A DNA stretch of 63,206 nucleotides from Bacteroidales bacterium. Lineage in GTDB: Bacteria; Bacteroidota; Bacteroidia; Bacteroidales; VadinHA17. Positions 57,610 to 63,206 of this stretch are shown here, piece after piece. The stretch lies in assembly GCA_017882305.1 (NCBI GenBank), contig JADGPU010000006.1:1-63206 (forward strand), in the 5' to 3' direction. The position numbers were made by a program, and so were the translations under genes. Position 1 is the stretch's first letter. Every line of letters starts with the position of its first letter. A model generated the notes under the pieces. The model was not told the origin of the DNA, did no database searches, and saw nothing but the letters and a program-made list of their open reading frames with translations.

Positions 57610-58812
57610 TTAATTATCCGAAGCCATCAGCAGAAATGGTTTCATCTCAAAACTGTGATAGTAAGGTCTTAATCTTTCAGTATTATAATCTGCAAGTCTC
57701 ACTATTTTTTTAGATGCGGTTACCACGTCAATAGGCAGATTATCGTATCTTCCGTTCTTCAGGACCACAATCCTTCCGTGTACTCCTTTAAGAACAAGAT
57801 CCAGAGCGAGATTTCCATATGCCATAGGAACAATGGAATCTAGAGCATCAGGATCTCCTCCTCGTACCATATAGCCAAGTTTCTGGTAAATTACATTAAT
57901 TGTTTTTCCATTATTATGCTTAGCTGAAAGCTCTTTAAGTTTTGCTGATACCATATCACCGATACCACCGAGTTTTGCATGTCCATAAGCATCCTTTTCA
58001 CTATCTGAAAAAATCATCTCGCCTCCTTTAAACATTGCTCCTTCCGAAACCAGAACTACTGAATATTTACTTGGATTTTGATTTCTGTCTTCAACAAGAA
58101 GTTTTGCAAGTTGATCTATCTCAAACTCATATTCAGGTATTACACACCTGTTAGCAGCACCTGCCAAAGTAGGCAGCATTGCGGTAAAACCAGCGTATCT
58201 TCCGAATACTTCAAGAACCAGAAGTCTTTCATGCGAACCGGCCGACGTTCTTAAACTGTTTGTCATTTGAATGGTTCGTGAAACGCAGGTGCTGAAACCA
58301 ATACAGTAATCGGTTCCGGGAACATCATTGTCCATAGTTTTTGGAATAGCAACAACATTTACCCCTTTTTTGTATAGATGAACACCATAACTCAATGTAT
58401 CATCGCCACCTATTGGAATAAGATAATCAACGCCAAGCCATTCAAGATTCTTGATAATCTCCGGAGTAATGTCATTATATTCAGCATTATAGGTGCTTTG
58501 TAGATGTTCAGGTACACTTGCTTTTGACATATGACTCGGTCTTGTTCTGGAGGTATGTAAAAAAGTCCCGCCGGTACGTCCAGCCTTATTAACTATATCA
58601 TCAGTAAGGATCTGAAAATTGTTACTATTGTCTGCCTTTGAGTCTCTTATTAATTCTGAGATGCCTGCCCATCCCCTGCGAAGTCCGATTACTTTGTATC
58701 CTTCACGGTTTGCACGTATTGTTACGGCGCGAATGGCCGGATTAAGCCCGGGGACATCGCCCCCTCCCGTCAGAATAGCAATTATCCCTTTTGTCGATTT
58801 CTGAGTTGCCAT
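57610..58812 (-). CDS. 6-phosphofructokinase, probably PPi-dependent
   Basis: TGGGD.PGLN, GGT.L.TSR, IGGDDT, PKTMDND; start 58812 preferred. Confidence 0.9.
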   Translation of the reverse strand: MATQKSTKGIIAILTGGGDVPGLNPAIRAVTIRANREGYKVIGLRRGWAGISELIRDSKADNSNNFQILTDDIVNKAGRTGGTFLHTSRTRPSHMSKASVPEHLQSTYNAEYNDITPEIIKNLEWLGVDYLIPIGGDDTLSYGVHLYKKGVNVVAIPKTMDNDVPGTDYCIGFSTCVSRTIQMTNSLRTSAGSHERLLVLEVFGRYAGFTAMLPTLAGAANRCVIPEYEFEIDQLAKLLVEDRNQNPSKYSVVLVSEGAMFKGGEMIFSDSEKDAYGHAKLGGIGDMVSAKLKELSAKHNNGKTINVIYQKLGYMVRGGDPDALDSIVPMAYGNLALDLVLKGVHGRIVVLKNGRYDNLPIDVVTASKKIVRLADYNTERLRPYYHSFEMKPFLLMASDN

Positions 58813-58900
58813 GATCTTTTGCTTTTTATTTGATCCCATTATTGGTAAATTTAAGACCTCTAAAGTAAAGCTTTTTAATTTTATTCCAAAAACAGTAACT

Positions 58901-59845
58901 ATGTCGGAAAATCAAACCAGTAAAAATTTACAAAAGAAATTATCGGTTTTGATTACAGGTGGAAGTGGACTTATAGGAAAATATCTTACATCATCCTTGC
59001 TGGCCGCTGGTTATTATGTTTCATATCTCTCAAGAAATGGCAATCCGTCTGGAAGAGTAAGAACCTTCAGGTGGGATCCTGAAAACAGAATTATCGATCA
59101 AGAAGCACTTGAAGGAGTTGATTTCATAATCCATCTTGCGGGAGCAAATATCGGTGAGAAGAGATGGACCCGTAAGAGAAAAGAGGAGATAATGGAAAGT
59201 CGAGTGGATTCAGCCAGAATTCTTTATAAATCCGTCGTTGATAGAGGAACCACGTTAAAAGCCTTCATTTCTGCTTCTGCAACAGGTATTTATGGCTCTG
59301 AAACGTCCGCGAAAATCTTTTGTGAAAATGATCCGCCCGCATCAGATTTTCTTGGTACCGTCTGTAGTAGATGGGAAGAGGCTGCTGATCTTTTTAATAA
59401 CTCAGGGATCCGTACAGTAAAAATCAGGACAGCGGTTGTTCTTGAAAAAAACGATAGTGCCTTATCAAAACTAATGATGCCTGGAAAATTTGGTTTCTTA
59501 ATTCAAACTGGCACCGGTAGACAGTATATGCCCTGGATTCATGTTACTGACTTGTGTAATATATATCTTAAAGCAATAGAGGATTCCGGGATGAAGGGGG
59601 TATATAACGCTGTAGCCCCTCAACATATAACACATAGAGATTTTATACATGTTCTGGCTGGAGTAATGAAACTCCCGGTATTTGGTATACCGATCCCGGG
59701 TTTCGTTCTAAAGACTGTTCTTGGAGAAAGGTCTGATGTGATTCTTAAAGGTAGCCGGGTCTCATCTGAAAAGATATTGAACAGTGGATACAGGTTCCTT
59801 TTTGGTATGTTGGAAGATGCACTTAAGAATGTAATCAGGGAATAG
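58901..59845 (+). CDS. TIGR01777 family NAD-dependent epimerase/oxidoreductase
   Basis: ITGGSGLIG, HLAGA.I...RWT...K..I..SRV, G.Q..PWIH..D. Confidence 0.9.
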   Translation: MSENQTSKNLQKKLSVLITGGSGLIGKYLTSSLLAAGYYVSYLSRNGNPSGRVRTFRWDPENRIIDQEALEGVDFIIHLAGANIGEKRWTRKRKEEIMESRVDSARILYKSVVDRGTTLKAFISASATGIYGSETSAKIFCENDPPASDFLGTVCSRWEEAADLFNNSGIRTVKIRTAVVLEKNDSALSKLMMPGKFGFLIQTGTGRQYMPWIHVTDLCNIYLKAIEDSGMKGVYNAVAPQHITHRDFIHVLAGVMKLPVFGIPIPGFVLKTVLGERSDVILKGSRVSSEKILNSGYRFLFGMLEDALKNVIRE

Positions 59846-59858
59846 AATTTTACTATTC

Positions 59859-60554
59859 TCAGCCGTGCCTGGAAATTCCTTCAAGTTTTCCGACATCAAC
59901 TACTTCGATAGTCTTTCCAAAGACTCTGATTATCCCCTCTTTTTTAAAATCAGATAGTGTCCTGATGACATTAGCAGTACTCATACCAATATAGTCTGCT
60001 ATCTCTTTCCTTGAAACTGGCAGGTCGAATACCCGTGACTTATAAATTTCATTCGTGAAATAGAGCAAAACAAAAGCTACTCTGCCAATCAGATTTTTTT
60101 GTCTGATATCGAGGGTCTGAGCAATAATTTTATCGTTTATCCTGGAAATCTTGGTAAGAAGACCCATTGCAAATCCACCATTTTTTAAAAACAGTGCTTT
60201 TATAAATTCGAGTTTTACCATACATACAACTGAATCTTCAAGTGCTGAAACGGAATATTGGTAGCGTTCCTCTGAAAAAATACTCATATTGCTGACAAAT
60301 TCAAATGGTCTGGTAATAGTTATTACCTGCTCATCACCGGCAGGAGTTCTTCTGTAAAGTTTAACCAGTCCGCTTTTAAGATATTTAAAGTTGCTGATTT
60401 TTTCTCCTTCGTGATTTATTATCTCTCCTTTGCGAAAAAATTGTTCCTCTTTGTGATCGCATAATTCTTCTACTGCCGCATCATTAAGGTAGGAAAATAC
60501 CACATCCCGGAAATCGCAACTGGCACATGAGCATGGTTTTTTCATTTCGTTCAC
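59859..60554 (-). CDS. Crp/Fnr family transcriptional regulator with N-terminal Cys cluster
   Basis: CSCASC; cNMP-binding-like domain; HTH SRKEIADYIGMST.NVIRTLS.F. Confidence 0.92.
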   Translation of the reverse strand: MNEMKKPCSCASCDFRDVVFSYLNDAAVEELCDHKEEQFFRKGEIINHEGEKISNFKYLKSGLVKLYRRTPAGDEQVITITRPFEFVSNMSIFSEERYQYSVSALEDSVVCMVKLEFIKALFLKNGGFAMGLLTKISRINDKIIAQTLDIRQKNLIGRVAFVLLYFTNEIYKSRVFDLPVSRKEIADYIGMSTANVIRTLSDFKKEGIIRVFGKTIEVVDVGKLEGISRHG

Positions 60555-60677
60555 GCTTTTCTGTTTTTCACAAATTTACCAATTTCCTGATCACATTACC
60601 AATTTTCAATTTGTTTTATTGCCAAATTTAGGCCTAATTTGAATGTCTAAAAGTACTTTATATTCATTCTTGCAAAA

Positions 60678-61463
60678 ATGATCTATAAAACTGATTACCA
60701 TATGCATTCCAGCTACAGCGATGGAAGATCAGCACCGGAGGATTATATCTCTCCCGCAATCGCCGCAGGACTGAGCGAGATCGGTTTTTCAGAACATCTT
60801 ACACTATTCAAAGATCTTGAGGACTGGAATATAAATCCTGTCAACATTTCTCCTTACATAAATCACCTGGAAACTCTTCGGAATAACGTAAGGAGTATTA
60901 AATTAAAAATTGGTCTTGAAGTTGATTTTTTCCCAGGAAAAGAAGAAGAGATTTATAATTACCTGAGTCCCCTGCCTCTTGATTATATCATAGGTTCAGT
61001 TCATTATCTGGGTGAGAAAACTGTTGACTTCGGTCCTGAATTTTATGAAGGGAAAAGCATAGACAGGCTGTTTGAATCATATTTTAATTCTGTAATTGTT
61101 GCGGTTGCATCAGGTCTTTTTGATATAATCGGTCACTGTGATCTGATAAGAATTTATGGGTACAAACCCCATGCTGATCAGGAACCATTTTATAGGAAGC
61201 TTGCTAAAACAATGAAAACCCATGACGTCGCCTTTGAGGTTAATACCAACGGCAGAAACCGGCCTCTTGCTGACTTTTATCCCGACCGGCGGTTTCTTTA
61301 TATATTCAGAGAAGAAAATGTACCTGTTTGTGTTAATTCAGATGCTCATATGCCATCACGGGTTGGACAGTATTTTGATGAAGCGTATGAGTTGTTAAGG
61401 TATATAGGTTTTACCGAAATGGCGGTTTTTGACAAAAGAGTGAGAAAGATGGTTCCATTTTGA
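60678..61463 (+). CDS. PHP-family histidinol-phosphatase (HisJ-like)
   Basis: DYHMHS, GFSEH, GLEVD, DY.IGSVH, GH.D, EVNT.G, SDAH. Confidence 0.88.
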   Translation: MIYKTDYHMHSSYSDGRSAPEDYISPAIAAGLSEIGFSEHLTLFKDLEDWNINPVNISPYINHLETLRNNVRSIKLKIGLEVDFFPGKEEEIYNYLSPLPLDYIIGSVHYLGEKTVDFGPEFYEGKSIDRLFESYFNSVIVAVASGLFDIIGHCDLIRIYGYKPHADQEPFYRKLAKTMKTHDVAFEVNTNGRNRPLADFYPDRRFLYIFREENVPVCVNSDAHMPSRVGQYFDEAYELLRYIGFTEMAVFDKRVRKMVPF

Positions 61464-61486
61464 GGAGCAAAGCGACGAAGCAATCT
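61455..61486. repeat. Remnant of a GTCATTGCGAGG...GCAATC-type palindromic element
   Basis: CCATTTTGAGGAGCAAAGCGACGAAGCAATCT; contains the PHP gene's TGA stop. Confidence 0.55.
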
Positions 61487-61578
61487 TAAAATCCCATCCG
61501 GAATCTAACAAAAAAGAACCTATCTTTGGTATATTACATATGTGTATCCTGAACACTTTATTCTTAATAACCAGAATT

Positions 61579-63206
61579 ATGAAAAAGCATTTAAAGATTT
61601 TTTTGTATCCTTTCATTTTGATTTTGGCTTTGTCAGGCTGCTCATCCAATAAGATGAGTTATATTAAAACAACCGGTCCGGATGTTGTATCGTTCAGAGC
61701 GTTACCTTTCAATTTAACTGATATTAAGCTCCTTAATGGCCCATTTCTGCATGCAACGGAACTTGACGCTAAAACACTCTTAAATTATGATCCTGACCGT
61801 CTTCTTTCCAAATTTTATTCTGAAGCAGGTCTGAAACCAAAGGCAGATCATTACATGGGTTGGGAAAACGAAACGATTTCCGGTCATAGTCTTGGCCATT
61901 TTCTGAGCGCATGTTCAATGATGTATCAGACAACAGGCGATAAACGCTTTCTGGAAAGAGTGAATTATATAGTTGGAGAGCTTAAATTCCTGCAGGATGC
62001 CGATGGTAATAGTTATATCGGAGCATTTCCAAAAGGGAAAAAGATACTTGAGGAAGAGGTAGCAAAAGGCAATATCCGTTCCAAGGGATTCGATCTTAAC
62101 GGGATCTGGGTCCCCTTTTATACTGAGCATAAAATGATGGCAGGATTAAGAGATGCATATCATCTATGCGGAAACTCTCTTGCATTGGAAGTTGAAAAAC
62201 GCTTCGCTGACTGGCTCGATGGAATTGTTTCTCCCCTGAACGATGAACAGGTTCAGAAAATGCTGCGTTGTGAACATGGAGGTATAAGCGAAACACTTGC
62301 CGATTTGTATGCAGACACCAGAGACAAAAAATACCTAAGAATTTCGAAAATATTCTATCAGAAAGCTATCCTCGATTCGTTGAAAGAGGGAAAGGATATT
62401 CTTCCGGGGAAACACTGTAACACAAATATTCCAAAATTAATTGCCTTATCAAGGATTTATGAACTCACAGCGGACACATCAGATCGGACAGCGGCTGAGT
62501 TTTTCTGGAAGACAGTCGTTAATCACCATTCATATGTCACCGGGGGAAATGGTAATGAAGAATATTTTGGTCCTGAAGATAAACTCAGCAACCGGCTCGG
62601 GGAAGGAACCACTGAAACATGCAATGTTTATAATATGCTAAAACTTTCTGAACATCTTTTTGAATGGGAAGCTTCAGCCCGCGTTGCGGATTTTTATGAA
62701 AGAGCTCTATTTAATCACATCCTTTCCTCTCAGAATCCGGAAACGGGAAATGTAACTTATAATCTTTCTCTCGCCATGGGTGGATTTAAAGATTTCCAGG
62801 ATCCATTCTCTTTTACATGCTGTGTTGGTACAGGAATGGAAAACCATTCAAAGTACGGTAAAAACATTTTCTATCATAATGATAATGAGTTATTTGTATT
62901 TCAATTTATTGCGTCTGTGCTTACCTGGAAGGAAAAAGGAATCATACTTACACAGAAAACTTCATTCCCGGAAGAACAGGGCTCTCAATTTGAATTTAAG
63001 TGCGAAAAAGCAGTTAAACTTACTCTGCAGGTTCGTTATCCCTCATGGGCAAAGAATGGTATTGAGATTAAAGTTAATGGCAGCAGTAAAAGGGTGACTA
63101 GCCAACCAGGAAGCTTTATTCCTATTGAAAAAATCTGGGAAACAGGCGATAAAGTGGAAGTAAATATCCCATTTTCATTGCGTCTTGAACCGATGCCCGA
63201 TGACAG
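61579..63206 (+). CDS. Beta-L-arabinofuranosidase-like glycoside hydrolase, GH127/GH146 (DUF1680), lipoprotein; 3'-truncated
   Basis: Absent from the ORF track (no stop in window). MKKHL...LSGC lipobox, GH.LGH.LSA, EHGG, YVTGG...EYF, ETCNVYNMLKL, CCVGTGMENHSKYG; TATCTTTG -7 box at 61521. Confidence 0.92.
   Translation, partial: MKKHLKIFLYPFILILALSGCSSNKMSYIKTTGPDVVSFRALPFNLTDIKLLNGPFLHATELDAKTLLNYDPDRLLSKFYSEAGLKPKADHYMGWENETISGHSLGHFLSACSMMYQTTGDKRFLERVNYIVGELKFLQDADGNSYIGAFPKGKKILEEEVAKGNIRSKGFDLNGIWVPFYTEHKMMAGLRDAYHLCGNSLALEVEKRFADWLDGIVSPLNDEQVQKMLRCEHGGISETLADLYADTRDKKYLRISKIFYQKAILDSLKEGKDILPGKHCNTNIPKLIALSRIYELTADTSDRTAAEFFWKTVVNHHSYVTGGNGNEEYFGPEDKLSNRLGEGTTETCNVYNMLKLSEHLFEWEASARVADFYERALFNHILSSQNPETGNVTYNLSLAMGGFKDFQDPFSFTCCVGTGMENHSKYGKNIFYHNDNELFVFQFIASVLTWKEKGIILTQKTSFPEEQGSQFEFKCEKAVKLTLQVRYPSWAKNGIEIKVNGSSKRVTSQPGSFIPIEKIWETGDKVEVNIPFSLRLEPMPDD

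Overview
A 63 kb stretch of core chromosome from a Bacteroidota bacterium, probably Bacteroidales-like. The assignment rests on TAnnTTTG -7 promoter boxes in front of many genes, a T9SS C-terminal domain, a DUF4249/TonB receptor pair and Bacteroidota-type atp and yceD-rpmF-plsX-fabH clusters. It holds about 55 CDS: F1Fo ATP synthase (split operon), lipid and envelope modification (mprF-acvB, LmtA-like, DUF2723), several signalling systems, tRNA modification (selU/mnmH, U32), rsgA, ettA, PPi-type pfk and a GH127/146 gene cut by the window end. I found no rRNA, tRNA, CRISPR array, prophage or transposase. The unusual signal is mostly non-coding. At least five distinct families of miniature palindromic or tandem elements fill the intergenic spaces; some appear nested and some supply stop codons. 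A REP-bounded 232-bp segment carries a Fur-box-like palindrome and two coupled unannotated small ORFs. Candidate sigma-54, ECF and LytTR sites are also visible. Two proteins look like pseudoenzymes: a hybrid histidine kinase with Tyr in place of the phospho-His and a degenerate ATP pocket, and a GH16 domain lacking all catalytic acids behind a helical repeat region. All calls come from motif recognition by eye; no database searches were run.
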